64,000 nucleotides of DNA from an uncultured delta proteobacterium. GTDB lineage: Bacteria > Desulfobacterota > Desulfobacteria > Desulfobacterales > JAHEIW01. Shown one piece after another: positions 10,099-20,454 of the stretch (position 1 is its first letter; the number at the start of each line of letters is the position of its first letter). The stretch covers positions 926,519-990,518 of the forward strand of contig CAVPNL010000006.1 of assembly GCA_963706575.1 (NCBI GenBank). The letters are read 5' to 3'. The notes under the pieces were generated by a model. The model saw only the letters and a list, made by a program, of their open reading frames with translations. It was not told the origin of the DNA and did not search any database. A program made the translations under genes and the position numbers.

Positions 10099-10159
10099 TT
10101 TAAATTTGTCGTGTAATCTCGGTAATTTTTAATCGGTTCGGGTCATGCAATCCAAAATA

Positions 10160-10313
10160 TAACATGAACCTATCTCAAAAATAGGATTTTGGTTCAAGAT
10201 CGCGGCGGGGCCGAGCTTTAAACCGGAGGCATACTGTTGTATGTTGAGGATTTAAAGCGAGGCACCAACAAAGATATTGGACCAAAAGACATTTTTGAGG
10301 TAGGTTCATGTTA
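10160..10313. mobile_element. MITE-like element family A, copy 1 (inverted relative to copies 2 and 3)
   Basis: Terminal inverted repeats GAACCTATCTCAAAAAT / ATTTTTGAGGTAGGTTC; body matches 15361-15506 and 31328-31473. Confidence 0.85.
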
Positions 10314-10350
10314 AGAATATTACGGTATCGGTTAATTATCAACTGGAAAA

Positions 10351-11310
10351 TTATTTAGGGGATTTGCTGAATTCCAAATCATATTCGCGCATAGCTCTTT
10401 CCGGGGGATCCACGTGCACAATCACATCCAAAACTTCCTGAATGGCATCAATGATGCGTGCTTTGACATCATCGGCGATATCATGGCCTTGCCGCACGGT
10501 TATCAATCCATCAACAACGATATGCAGATCCACCTGAATGCTGGAGCTGATATAGCGTGTTCGAATGTCATGAACCTGCAAAACGCCTTCATTTTTGAGC
10601 GCAATGTCCTGAATCCTTCTGCGGGTTTCCGTCGGTGCGCCGACATCAATCAGCTCGCTGAGTCCAGGCCAGATGATTTTAATCGAAGCGTGCAAGATGA
10701 ATATAGAAACGACTACGGCTCCAAGGTGATCCAAAAACGACCAGGATGGAAAGACTCTGGCACCGGTCACCGCGATTAAGACCGGAATCGAACTAAAGGC
10801 ATCCGTGCGATGGTGCCATGCGTTGGCGGCCAGGGCAGCGCTTTTCACGCGTCGACCGGTGATGGCGGTCCAGCGGTAAATACTTTCTTTGCACACAATT
10901 GAAGCCAACGCTGCAGCAACGGCAATCCAACCCGGGGGGGCTGCGTGTTTTTCCTGCAGCGCTGAAATGGCTTTCCATCCGATGCCGATGCCAGCAGCGA
11001 TCAACACGACACCGATAAAAACCGTCACCAGGGTTTCTAAGCGCCGGTGGCCATATGGGTGATTTTCATCCGGTGGACGGGACCAGTAATGTGATCCTGC
11101 AATCACCGCAATATCCGTTGTCAGATCGGTAAGGCTGTGGATCGCATCCGCGACCAGAGCCTGACTTCTTCCATAAATGCCGGCAGTGAATTTAATGGCG
11201 GCCAGAAATAAATTTACCCAAAGCCCAACCCAGGTAACTTTGCGGACGATCTTTTCCCTATCAGCATCATGTGATGTTGAAGCTTGTTCACCATTTTCCT
11301 TCTGAATCAC
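10351..11310 (-). CDS. Cation diffusion facilitator family transporter
   Basis: SQALVADAIHSLTD, HPYGH.R.E, HHRTD, VIVHVDP. Confidence 0.93.
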   Translation of the reverse strand: MIQKENGEQASTSHDADREKIVRKVTWVGLWVNLFLAAIKFTAGIYGRSQALVADAIHSLTDLTTDIAVIAGSHYWSRPPDENHPYGHRRLETLVTVFIGVVLIAAGIGIGWKAISALQEKHAAPPGWIAVAAALASIVCKESIYRWTAITGRRVKSAALAANAWHHRTDAFSSIPVLIAVTGARVFPSWSFLDHLGAVVVSIFILHASIKIIWPGLSELIDVGAPTETRRRIQDIALKNEGVLQVHDIRTRYISSSIQVDLHIVVDGLITVRQGHDIADDVKARIIDAIQEVLDVIVHVDPPERAMREYDLEFSKSPK

Positions 11311-11608
11311 TCTATGCGCTCCTCAGTGCGACTCGCTGACGGTTCTAATGAATAGACAGAGTTGCCATTTACGGCATTTTGACTTATAAAATAACACTAC
11401 CTTGAAATTCAATTTAAATAAAGATTAAACCTTTGTTGAGTTAACCCGTTGGCCGGTTGAGCCCGTTGAGCCCTTAGAAAAAAGGAAAAATGCCTGTTTT
11501 TTTGTGTTACCGGCCAACGGGCTTAACCTTGTATCGCGTGACTTTTAGGTGCGGCAGGTGCCTGTGTGTCTGCAGTTAATAAAAAACTAGAAAAACGGAG
11601 GATTGGCG

Positions 11609-12763
11609 ATGAACCTCCTCAACAGTTTTAGTTTCGAATTACCGACGAAAATAGAATACGGCGTCGGCGTGGCCGGGAGACTGGCCGATGTGATTAAAAG
11701 CTTAAATGCCAGAAACATGCTCCTGATCACCGATAAAGGCGTTGTGCGTTCAGGCCTGCTGGAGCGGATTACCGGCCCACTGGAAGCCCATAAGCTGAAA
11801 TGGGAGGTATTTGATCGCGTAGAACCCAATCCGAAAGATTATAACGTTCTTGAAGGCACTGAAATCGCGAGCCGGTTTGACCCGGATTGCCTGGTGGCAA
11901 TTGGCGGCGGCAGTCCGATCGACTGTGCCAAAGCGATTGCAGTGGTGGCGCGTCAGGGGGGCGCAGTCCGCGACTATGAAGGACCCCATAAAATTGGTGC
12001 CGATGTGCTGCCGTTGGTCGCCATACCGACCACCGCCGGGACCGGCAGTGAGGTGACCTTTAGCTCGGTGATCACCGATTCCAGCGAGAAATTTAAATTT
12101 AGCATTAAAGATCCCCGAATTGCGCCAAAGGTGGCGCTGCTGGATCCTGAGATGACCCTGACCATGCCCTCGGAACTAACCGCGTCAACCGGTATGGATG
12201 CTTTAACCCATGCCATCGAAGGGTTTACCGCCAATGCTGCGGAACCCATTGCGGATTCCGCGGCGCTTTATGCCATTGAATTAATTGCCACCTATCTCAG
12301 AACCGCCGTGGCTGACGGCAATAATCTGGAAGCAAGGGCGGCAATGTTGCTGGGCAGCGTACTGGCAGGAATTGCCTTTAGCCATTCCGATGTTGCCGCC
12401 GTCCATTGCGTGGCTGAAGCGCTCGGCGGAAAATATGATGCCCCCCATGGGGTTTGTAATGCTGTTGTCTTGCCGGCGGTGATGGCATACAACATGGAAT
12501 ACTGCAAGGAGAGATATGCACGGATTGCCGCTGCAATGGGGCTGTCCGATGAAAATGTTGACCAGGCCGCCCGCCAGGCCGTCAAGGCTGTAGAAAAACT
12601 GGCTTGCGATGTTCATCTGCCCGAGTTCAATTCCCTGGGAGTTCAAAAAAACGACCTGGAAGAACTGGCAGTCAACTCGTTTAAGAACGGAAGCAATATC
12701 GATAATCCGCGACCCATGACCAAAGAGGATTATTTAAATCTGTTTCAACTTCTAACCAGCTAG
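11609..12763 (+). CDS. Iron-containing alcohol dehydrogenase
   Basis: GGGSPIDCAK, PTTAGTGSE, GMDALTHAIE, PHG. Confidence 0.95.
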   Translation: MNLLNSFSFELPTKIEYGVGVAGRLADVIKSLNARNMLLITDKGVVRSGLLERITGPLEAHKLKWEVFDRVEPNPKDYNVLEGTEIASRFDPDCLVAIGGGSPIDCAKAIAVVARQGGAVRDYEGPHKIGADVLPLVAIPTTAGTGSEVTFSSVITDSSEKFKFSIKDPRIAPKVALLDPEMTLTMPSELTASTGMDALTHAIEGFTANAAEPIADSAALYAIELIATYLRTAVADGNNLEARAAMLLGSVLAGIAFSHSDVAAVHCVAEALGGKYDAPHGVCNAVVLPAVMAYNMEYCKERYARIAAAMGLSDENVDQAARQAVKAVEKLACDVHLPEFNSLGVQKNDLEELAVNSFKNGSNIDNPRPMTKEDYLNLFQLLTS

Positions 12764-13063
12764 TACGGGATTCAAAGCCCGCATCTTTTACCCGATCGGT
12801 TAATGAGTGTCTCGCAAATGCGAGACTTGATGAGCACTTCGCGTATAGCATACGCTCCGTTTGATGAGCGCTTCGCTTGAGGAAAATTGGAGCGTATTGA
12901 AAGGTTGCTTTAGACATCAAGGTCCGAAGGACCGCTCTTCGAGGCTCAAAGAGCCGGTCTTAAAGGCCTTAAGGCCGCTCCATCGTCGCATGATGATAAA
13001 ATAATGTTTTAAGCCATTTAAGACAAAATAAATTATTCACTATTTGTTAACGACAAACCGACG

Positions 13064-13528
13064 ATGAGAATCATCCGCGCGCAAACCAAAGATCATTATC
13101 GACGGGCACGCGAACTATTTCAGCAGTATGCGGACGCTTTGGGTTTTGATCTTGAATTTCAGGGATTCAGTCACGAGCTGGCGACGCTTTCCGGAGAGTA
13201 TGCGCCGCCAAAAGGCTGTATTCTTCTGGCTGAAAGTGAAGAAGAAATTGTTGGGTGCGTGGCCCTGCGTCCCCTTGAAAAAATGATTTGCGAAATGAAG
13301 CGGCTTTACGTCGTCCCCGGCTATCGCAACCGAAAAATTGGGCGGGCGCTGGCAGAGGCCGTCATTGACCAGGCGCGCACGAGTGGCTATGAGCGCATGC
13401 GTCTTGATACCATTGAATCCATGACAGCAGCTCAGGCGCTTTATCATTCACTGGGTTTTCGGTCGATAAAACCGTATCGCTATAATCCCCTTAATAATCC
13501 GTCCTATTTTGAACTGAACTTGCGTTAA
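13064..13528 (+). CDS. GNAT family N-acetyltransferase
   Basis: CEMKRLYV.P.YR..KIGRAL; MRLDT; LY.SLGF. Confidence 0.92.
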   Translation: MRIIRAQTKDHYRRARELFQQYADALGFDLEFQGFSHELATLSGEYAPPKGCILLAESEEEIVGCVALRPLEKMICEMKRLYVVPGYRNRKIGRALAEAVIDQARTSGYERMRLDTIESMTAAQALYHSLGFRSIKPYRYNPLNNPSYFELNLR

Positions 13529-13543
13529 TAAAAGGAGATACAA

Positions 13544-14290
13544 ATGGGTCACAAAAAACTGTCAGGTAAAATTGCGCTGGTGACCGGATCATCCCGCGGA
13601 ATCGGCCGTGCGATGGTTGAACGATTGAGCCGGGATGGTGCCTCAGTCGCCATCAATTATGTCAGCAATTCAGAAAAAGCTGAAGAAGTCGTTGCCGCGA
13701 TTACGTCTGGCGGCGGCTCAGCCGTTGCTCTGCAGGCGGATGTTTCCAGGATCGAAGGCATCCAGCGGCTTTTTGAAAAGACGCTTGAGCATTTCGGTCG
13801 GCTGGATATTCTGGTAAATAACGCCGGGATCCGCATCACCCAAACCGTTGCGGATATCCAGGAAGAAGAATTTGATCGACTGTTTGCCATCAATGTCAAG
13901 GGACCATTTTTTGCCTGTCAGCAAGCCGCTCATCGAATTTCCGACGGTGGAAGGATCATCAATGTTTCCTCTGCCGTCACGCGAATGATGCTGCCCGGCT
14001 ATTCCATTTACGCGGCCAGCAAGGCGGCTGTTGATCAGCTCACCCGGGTGTTGGCTAAAGAGATGGGGGGGCGGCAGGTCACGGTCAATGCAGTTTCTCC
14101 AGGGCCGGTGGACACTGCGCTTTTGCGAAAGGGCAAAACAGAAGAACAGATTCAACAGATGGCTCAAATGGCTGCATTTAACCGCATTGGTAAAGTGGAA
14201 GATATAGCGGACGTTGTTGCCTTTCTGGCCAGCGACGACGCCAGATGGATTACCGGGCAGATCATCCATGCCAATGGTGGCTGCATTTAG
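13544..14290 (+). CDS. SDR family oxidoreductase
   Basis: TGSSRGIG, NNAG, YAASK. Confidence 0.95.
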   Translation: MGHKKLSGKIALVTGSSRGIGRAMVERLSRDGASVAINYVSNSEKAEEVVAAITSGGGSAVALQADVSRIEGIQRLFEKTLEHFGRLDILVNNAGIRITQTVADIQEEEFDRLFAINVKGPFFACQQAAHRISDGGRIINVSSAVTRMMLPGYSIYAASKAAVDQLTRVLAKEMGGRQVTVNAVSPGPVDTALLRKGKTEEQIQQMAQMAAFNRIGKVEDIADVVAFLASDDARWITGQIIHANGGCI

Positions 14291-14314
14291 TTTCCATTTC
14301 AGAAATGGAAACTA
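14288..14314. terminator. Perfect 13-bp inverted repeat followed by T-rich tract; probable terminator
   Basis: TAGTTTCCATTTC-A-GAAATGGAAACTA overlapping the SDR stop codon. Confidence 0.5.
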
Positions 14315-14379
14315 TAGCTTTTTATTTTTTTATGTTAACATTTTAATCTGAATAACAACGGCCATAGGAGTCGTCGGGC

Positions 14380-14865
14380 GTGAAAATATCATTAATTGCA
14401 GCGATGGCCAAGAATCGGGTGATTGGCAACCAAGGAGATATTCCCTGGAGAATCCCGGGGGAGCAGAAGATTTTTAAGAAAATCACCCTGGGGCATGCGG
14501 TGATTATGGGAAGAAAAACCTTTGAATCTCTCGATCAACCCCTTCGTGGCAGAACCAATATCATCGTTACCCGGCAAAAGGATTACCGTGCAAAAGGATG
14601 CCTGGTGGCCCATGATCTTGCAACAGCCATAAAATGCTGCCCGGTAGACGAGGAGGAAGCCTTTATTTGTGGCGGCGGTCAACTCTATCACGAAGCGCTT
14701 CCCCTGGCTGATCGCATCTATTTAACGGTGATTCCCAGGGAAATACCTGGAGATACCTATTTCCCGGATATTTCGTTGACTGAATTTCAGGTGAGCCAAT
14801 CAGAATCGATTCAGGTAGAGGGAGTCGAACCTTACGACTTTTTTATTTATGAAAGAATCACATGA
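14380..14865 (+). CDS. folA: Dihydrofolate reductase
   Basis: NRVIG...IPW, VIMGRKTFES, L.GR.NI, GGGQLY, GDTYFP. Confidence 0.95.
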   Translation: MKISLIAAMAKNRVIGNQGDIPWRIPGEQKIFKKITLGHAVIMGRKTFESLDQPLRGRTNIIVTRQKDYRAKGCLVAHDLATAIKCCPVDEEEAFICGGGQLYHEALPLADRIYLTVIPREIPGDTYFPDISLTEFQVSQSESIQVEGVEPYDFFIYERIT

Positions 14866-15335
14866 GTATGAAAACATTTAATCCCGATTACATAAAGCGA
14901 ATCAGTGAAATCGTTAGCACCAGCCCGTATTTTCAATTGCTGTCCATGAAGCTGGTGGATGTGGGCGTCGGCTGTTCTTCTCTTGAAATCGATCTGACCC
15001 AAAAGCATTTGCAGCCCTTCGGAAAGGTTCATGGCGGTGTGTTTTCTTCCATCATCGATGCAGCCGCGTTTTGGGCGGTTTACCCCGGGATCGAAGATCA
15101 AACGGCCGGTCTGACCACTGTTGATCTGAAATTAAACTACCTGGCACCGGCGGCATCCGGCAAATTAATTGCCAGAGGCCGTCAGATTAAACTGGGCAGG
15201 ACCCTTGGATACGCTGAAGCGGAGGTTCTCGATGAGACCGGAAAGATTCTGGCACATGGCACTTCGACCGTAATCATTATGCCCGGTAAGGCGCTAGAAG
15301 CCGACCCGCCGCTGCCCCCGAAATTTATCGACTAA
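14862..15335 (+). CDS. PaaI family thioesterase
   Basis: QPFGKVHGG...IDAA; TTVDLKLNYL.P. Confidence 0.9.
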   Translation: MSMKTFNPDYIKRISEIVSTSPYFQLLSMKLVDVGVGCSSLEIDLTQKHLQPFGKVHGGVFSSIIDAAAFWAVYPGIEDQTAGLTTVDLKLNYLAPAASGKLIARGRQIKLGRTLGYAEAEVLDETGKILAHGTSTVIIMPGKALEADPPLPPKFID

Positions 15336-15360
15336 AAAACGCGTTTATGCGATTTTTAAT

Positions 15361-15506
15361 TAGAACCCATCTCAAAAATGTCTTTTGGCCCAATATTTTT
15401 GTTGGTACCTCGCTTCAAATCCTCGACATACAACAGTATGCCTCCGGTATGAAGCTCGGCTCCGCCTCGATCTTGAACCAAAATCCTATTTTTGAGATGG
15501 CTTCTA
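15361..15506. mobile_element. MITE-like element family A, copy 2
   Basis: TAGAACCCATCTCAAAAAT...ATTTTTGAGATGGCTTCTA, 146 nt. Confidence 0.85.
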
Positions 15507-15531
15507 TTTGAGAGGTCAGGGAGTTTTTTTC

Positions 15532-15602
15532 GTAATGCCCGCGTCGGCGGGCATCCAGTCATAAAATAAACAGTTCTGGATTCCCGCCTTCGCGGGAATG
15601 AC
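15532..15602. repeat. REP-like inverted pair (GTCATTCCCGCG..GGCGGGAATCC family)
   Basis: gtaatgcccgcgtcggcgggcatccag ... ctggattcccgccttcgcgggaatgac; related copy at 63204-63276. Confidence 0.75.
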
Positions 15603-15672
15603 AAACTTGCAATGGAGAAAATTTCCGACCCCTGAATTATTTAATAGAATTCGGATTATAGAGGAGAGACCC

Positions 15673-16167
15673 ATGAGTGAGACCCAAACCCAAAAATACG
15701 GATGGAATCCGGATATGTCCCCATCATTGCTGGATAAACTGAAAGGCGATCTGAAACAGTCCATGCTGAATAGGGACGTGGAGGCCCGCAGTGCCATCCG
15801 ACAAATTATGGCTGAATTTCCCAAACTGACCGTGCCCATCACCCTGGAAAGCGGCAAAAAATCGACGCGACTTAAAACCAATGAAGAGATTACCAATGAT
15901 GACATTGTCGGCATCATCCAGGGGTTGGTAAAATCCGAACGGGTGGTGCTCGAGGCCAAGAATGAAGAATCTTCAGACTACCTCAACATCCTGCAACTGT
16001 ATTTGCCCAAGATGGCCTCTCGTGCAGAGATCATTGCCTGGATCAGTGACAACATTGACTTTTCCGAATACAAGAACAAAATGCAGGCCATGGGTTCAAT
16101 AATGAAGCACTTCGGCAAACAGGCTGATGGCAAGATGGTGAATGAGATCTTGCAGGAATGGGAATAA
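15673..16167 (+). CDS. GatB/YqeY domain protein
   Basis: LKGDLKQSM..RD..ARSAIR; YLPKM; MG.IMKHFG..ADGK; GAGGAG RBS before ATG 15673. Confidence 0.8.
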   Translation: MSETQTQKYGWNPDMSPSLLDKLKGDLKQSMLNRDVEARSAIRQIMAEFPKLTVPITLESGKKSTRLKTNEEITNDDIVGIIQGLVKSERVVLEAKNEESSDYLNILQLYLPKMASRAEIIAWISDNIDFSEYKNKMQAMGSIMKHFGKQADGKMVNEILQEWE

Positions 16168-16171
16168 AACC

Positions 16172-16300
16172 AGAAGTGATTTCAAAACCCCATCTCCCCG
16201 CTTCAGAGGGGCTTTGATGCACACATTAATGTGTTAAAATCAAGACGTGTAATCCCGCGTTCAAGCGGGAAACCTAATCTGAGGTTTTGAAACCACTTCT
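16172..16300. mobile_element. MITE-like element family B
   Basis: AGAAGTGATTTCAAAACC...GGTTTTGAAACCACTTCT ends, similar to 38451-38603 and 8832-8855. Confidence 0.7.
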
Positions 16301-16347
16301 AATGAAACTGCGCGTCGCGGAGGCGCCGGCGCCGGGAAGGAATCTGC

Positions 16348-17274
16348 ATGTTAAAGCGATGCCTTTTAAATATTAGATTAAACTTTGTGTTGTTTGTTTT
16401 TTTTCTGCCGGCATTTTTGATTGCCACTTCATTGGGCTTGCAGGCAAAGACCGCAGCCGTTGAGCAGACCACCAAAAGCTGTCTATGGACGGTTGACACC
16501 GCTTCGAATAAAATTTACCTGCTGGGCTCCCTGCATCTTCTCAAGCCGAACGCATACCCCTTAGACGCTGCTATCGAAAAGGCCTATGCTGACAGCAGGG
16601 TCGTCATATTTGAAACCGATATTGCAGCTTTGCAGACGCCGGGCGTGCAGGCCAAGCTGCTGGAAATGGGCATCTATCCGACCGAGCACAACCTGTTTCA
16701 GAATCTGGATGGAAACAGCCGACAGCAGCTCGAGAAGAAAATGAGCGAAATCGGCCTGCCGTTAGAACAATTCTCCCGGTTCAAGCCCTGGTTGGTGGCA
16801 TTGACCCTGACAACATTAGAGCTTCAGCGGATGGGATATAATCCCGCTTATGGTATTGATGTTTACTTTTTTAATAAGGCCAGCGCCGATGGCAAAGAGA
16901 TCGGTTTTCTGGAACCCGCGGAGTTTCAGATAAACCTGCTGGGCAACATGGTTGAACAGGATCAATACGATTTTTTAAGTCAGACCTTAAATGACCTGGA
17001 GGTCGTCAATGAGTTGGCCGGGGATCTGGTCAAGTCCTGGAAAGACGGGGATGCGGATAAACTGCATAAATTGTTGTCTAAGAGTTTCAAGGATTATCCG
17101 CACCTGCATGACCGCCTGCTGATTCAGCGAAATAAAAACTGGGTTGGGCAAATTGAAGGCGCGATGCGGAAAAATAAAAATGTTCTTTTTGTCGTGGGTG
17201 CCGGTCATCTAGTGGGTCCGGAAAGTGTGGTCGATTTGCTAAAGGAAAAAGGGTATCGGGTAAAACAGCAATGA
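16348..17274 (+). CDS. TraB/GumN family protein
   Basis: Signal peptide; YLLGSLH; KPW; RN..W; VVGAGHL.G. Confidence 0.9.
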   Translation: MLKRCLLNIRLNFVLFVFFLPAFLIATSLGLQAKTAAVEQTTKSCLWTVDTASNKIYLLGSLHLLKPNAYPLDAAIEKAYADSRVVIFETDIAALQTPGVQAKLLEMGIYPTEHNLFQNLDGNSRQQLEKKMSEIGLPLEQFSRFKPWLVALTLTTLELQRMGYNPAYGIDVYFFNKASADGKEIGFLEPAEFQINLLGNMVEQDQYDFLSQTLNDLEVVNELAGDLVKSWKDGDADKLHKLLSKSFKDYPHLHDRLLIQRNKNWVGQIEGAMRKNKNVLFVVGAGHLVGPESVVDLLKEKGYRVKQQ

Positions 17275-18089
17275 AAGAAACGGGTGCAGGCAGCGCATGG
17301 CGGATGAAGCTTCACGAGGTCATCTTTGAAGCCGACACACCGGCCGGCAAATGGTTTGATGTTTTACTGATTTTGGCCATATTGATCAGTGTTGTGATGG
17401 TCATGCTCGATAGTGTCGGCACGATCCAAAAGTCATACGGCCCTATTTTATTGGCCGGCGAGTGGTTTTTTACGATTTTATTTACCATCGAATACCTTTT
17501 GCGATTACTGAGTGTGGGGCGACCGCTTGCCTATGCCACCAGCTTTTTCGGTGTTGTCGACCTTTTGGCGATTTTGCCCACCTTCCTAAGTATACTCATT
17601 CCGGGAGCGCAGTATCTGCTGGTTATACGAATACTGCGGGTTCTGCGCATTTTCCGAATTCTTAAACTGGTGCAATATCTGGGTGAGGCCCGCATGCTTA
17701 CCCAGGCCTTGCGTGCCAGTCGACGCAAAATCACCGTTTTTTTATTTGTGGTGTTGACGCTGGTAACCATTTTCGGTTCCTTGATCTATCTTATCGAAGA
17801 TCCCAAAGACGGTTTCACCAGCATACCCAAAAGCATTTACTGGTCGATTGTTACGCTGACCACCGTCGGTTATGGTGACATGTCGCCCCAGACCGGCTTG
17901 GGTCAGTTGCTTTCGTCACTGATTATGATTATTGGTTATGGTATTATCGCCGTTCCGACGGGGATCGTAACGGTCGAATTGGCACAGGCCTTTAAACGCC
18001 AGATTTCCACCCAGGCCTGCCCGGAATGCAGCGCCGAGGGACATGACATTGATGCCAAACATTGTAAGTATTGCGGGTCCAGGCTATGA
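17271..18089 (+). CDS. Voltage-gated potassium channel-like ion transporter
   Basis: S4 RILRVLRIFRILK; selectivity filter TTVGYGD; C-terminal CxxC...CxxC. Confidence 0.93.
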   Translation: MKETGAGSAWRMKLHEVIFEADTPAGKWFDVLLILAILISVVMVMLDSVGTIQKSYGPILLAGEWFFTILFTIEYLLRLLSVGRPLAYATSFFGVVDLLAILPTFLSILIPGAQYLLVIRILRVLRIFRILKLVQYLGEARMLTQALRASRRKITVFLFVVLTLVTIFGSLIYLIEDPKDGFTSIPKSIYWSIVTLTTVGYGDMSPQTGLGQLLSSLIMIIGYGIIAVPTGIVTVELAQAFKRQISTQACPECSAEGHDIDAKHCKYCGSRL

Positions 18090-18247
18090 GAAATGATGAA
18101 ATATTGATTGTTTACCACAGAGGGCACAGAGCACCCAGAGAAAAATCAAAAATGTGATAATTGCGTTAATAAAGTATCTAGTCTCTGTGCTCTCTGTGTT
18201 TTCTGTGGTGAAAATATACATAATTAGGTATTGGTAATGGTATCCCT

Positions 18248-19303
18248 ATGTTCAATGTATTTTACGGATTTAGATTTATGACGATATGTTTTATCTGCCT
18301 GTCGGCCTTAAACTGCGCGGCTCAAACCCCCTCGGCAGACAAACCCCACCACACCCATAGCGGGTTCAAGAATGTCCATTCATACGAGGAAAATGATTTC
18401 TGGGATTTCTTAAAATGGCGTCGCGAAAGAGCAAAAATGGATATTCCGGGTCCGGAAAGCTATGATTTTCCATTAGCGAAAAACGATCCGGACTTCTTAA
18501 AGCAAAATCGAGACAGGAACACCGTGACCTGGATCGGGCATGCCACCGTATTGCTACAGATGGCGGGTTACAATATCTTGACGGATCCTCATTTTTCCAA
18601 ACGGACTTCACCGGTCCAGTGGGCCGGTCCCGAACGGGTTGCGCCTCTGGGACTGGCGCTTGAAGATCTGCCGCCCATCGACATCGTTGTTATTTCACAC
18701 GACCATTTTGATGCGCTGGATGAACAATCCATAAAGAAATTGCGCCAGAGACCCGGCGGAGAAAAAACGCGGTTTTATGTTCCGTTAGGGCTGAAGAACT
18801 GGTTGGCGATCCGGGGTGTCGATAATGTGTTTGCAATGGATTGGTGGGACCGTCACCAGGACGAACGTCTTGAAATTATTGCGGTCCCGGTCCAACACTG
18901 GAGCAAACGCAGTATGTTTTCGAGAAATAAAACCCTCTGGGCCGGCTGGGTGATCAACGCCGATGCCTTTCGGTTCATTTTCGTCGGCGATACCGGATAC
19001 ACACCGCATTTCAAAGAAATCGGCGAAAAACTGGGGCCATTTGATCTGGCGGCCATACCGATTGGCGCCTACGAACCGCGCTGGTTTATGGCCCGGCATC
19101 ATGTAAATCCCATAGAATCGGTTCAAATCCACAAGGATATTGGATCCAAAAAATCAATGGCGATCCACTGGGGCACCTTTATATTAACCGATGAACCTTT
19201 GGATGAACCCCCAAAAAAACTGGCCGCCGCTTTGCAGGAAAATCAGATTCCCGCTGAAGATTTTTTAGTGCTGCAACACGGCCAAACCGTCATCCTGGAA
19301 TAA
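18248..19303 (+). CDS. MBL-fold metallo-hydrolase (NAPE-PLD/RomA-like)
   Basis: WIGHAT, SHDHFDALD, QHWS.R, GDTGY, PIGAYEP, HWGTF. Confidence 0.92.
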   Translation: MFNVFYGFRFMTICFICLSALNCAAQTPSADKPHHTHSGFKNVHSYEENDFWDFLKWRRERAKMDIPGPESYDFPLAKNDPDFLKQNRDRNTVTWIGHATVLLQMAGYNILTDPHFSKRTSPVQWAGPERVAPLGLALEDLPPIDIVVISHDHFDALDEQSIKKLRQRPGGEKTRFYVPLGLKNWLAIRGVDNVFAMDWWDRHQDERLEIIAVPVQHWSKRSMFSRNKTLWAGWVINADAFRFIFVGDTGYTPHFKEIGEKLGPFDLAAIPIGAYEPRWFMARHHVNPIESVQIHKDIGSKKSMAIHWGTFILTDEPLDEPPKKLAAALQENQIPAEDFLVLQHGQTVILE

Positions 19304-19416
19304 GCTCTAAAAGATTACCACAGAGGTCACAGAGCCCACAGAGATTTAATACAGGCAAGACTATTTTAACTTTTTTTCTCTGTGCTCTCTATGGTGAATC
19401 AATCTGAAAGGCTAAC

Positions 19417-19911
19417 ATGAAATTTTGCCCCAAATGCGGCCGGGATTTAAAGCCGGCTGAAATAGACGGCCGGACCCGGTTAGGTTGTTCATCCGAAATC
19501 TGTGATTATGTATTTTGGGACAATCCGACGCCTGTTGTGGCGGCTTTAGTGGAACGCGAAGGCATTGTGGTTCTGGTTCGTAACAAAGAATGGCCGCAGA
19601 AGATTTACGGCCTGGTTAGCGGGTTTCTTGAGAAGAACGAGACGCCTGAATCCGGCATTTTAAGAGAAGTTAAAGAAGAGCTGGGCCTTATGGGTCAAAT
19701 TGATGATTTTATCGGTTCTTATTCGTTTTTTGAAATGAATCAACTCATTTTAGCCTATCACGTTCAGGTAAAGGGTGAGATTGTTTTAGGAGAGGAACTG
19801 GCTGAATTTAAAATGGTGCCTCCTGAAAAATTGCGGCCCTGGGCATTCGGTACAGGCTATGCGGTTAAAGACTGGCTGGAAAAGAGAAAAACAAAGCTTG
19901 CCGAAGACTAA
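19417..19911 (+). CDS. NUDIX hydrolase with N-terminal zinc ribbon
   Basis: FCPKCG; GFLEKNETPESGILREVKEELG. Confidence 0.9.
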   Translation: MKFCPKCGRDLKPAEIDGRTRLGCSSEICDYVFWDNPTPVVAALVEREGIVVLVRNKEWPQKIYGLVSGFLEKNETPESGILREVKEELGLMGQIDDFIGSYSFFEMNQLILAYHVQVKGEIVLGEELAEFKMVPPEKLRPWAFGTGYAVKDWLEKRKTKLAED

Positions 19912-20039
19912 AATTGCGTATCTCCAAAGCGCTGGACAAAACAGATCGAAGCGTCTAAGATGGTTTCCGGTCAGATGGAAAAGGCCGCTGGTTGAATCAG
20001 CGGCTTGGTATAAGTCGGTTATAAAACAAGAAAGGATAG

Positions 20040-20441
20040 ATGATGCTTTATATTGGTAAATTTCTGCATATGACCAATCAGCAGCGTACTGAAGAATCGG
20101 AAAGAAGGCACGGGGAATTTAACCTGATTGTTCAGGCCCAAAACAGTCAGGAGGCTATTGAATACTTTAAAGCGCGCATCATCGATTCCAGGGAAAACAG
20201 TGATTTATTTGAAGGTGATTGCGCTATTTATTTTGCTCACCTTTTGGAGATGGAAGAATTTCCCAGTGATCGCGCCAGGATGCTATATTACAAATCAGTT
20301 GCCGGGGATCCGGTTATGCCCTATATTAGCTGCTCAGCCCCGAACGGCGAAACGGACGGATGCCGGATTTTAAACTGGATGAAGAACCGGCCGGAAATTG
20401 ACGGCGAAGATGCGAACCTGTTCCTGGAATTTAAGAACTGA
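20040..20441 (+). CDS. Hypothetical protein
   Basis: 133-aa ORF with AAGGA RBS; no recognised motif. Confidence 0.7.
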   Translation: MMLYIGKFLHMTNQQRTEESERRHGEFNLIVQAQNSQEAIEYFKARIIDSRENSDLFEGDCAIYFAHLLEMEEFPSDRARMLYYKSVAGDPVMPYISCSAPNGETDGCRILNWMKNRPEIDGEDANLFLEFKN

Positions 20442-20454
20442 TACCCGCCTCTGG

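Noticed and set aside
12827..12896. Hammerhead ribozyme (TGATGAG...GAAA)
   Set aside because: Core reads UUGAUGAG rather than CUGAUGAG, and the three stems cannot be built convincingly
15356..15672. ORFs 15356-15604 and 31293-31523, and the extension of 15598
   Set aside because: Translations of MITE/REP repeats
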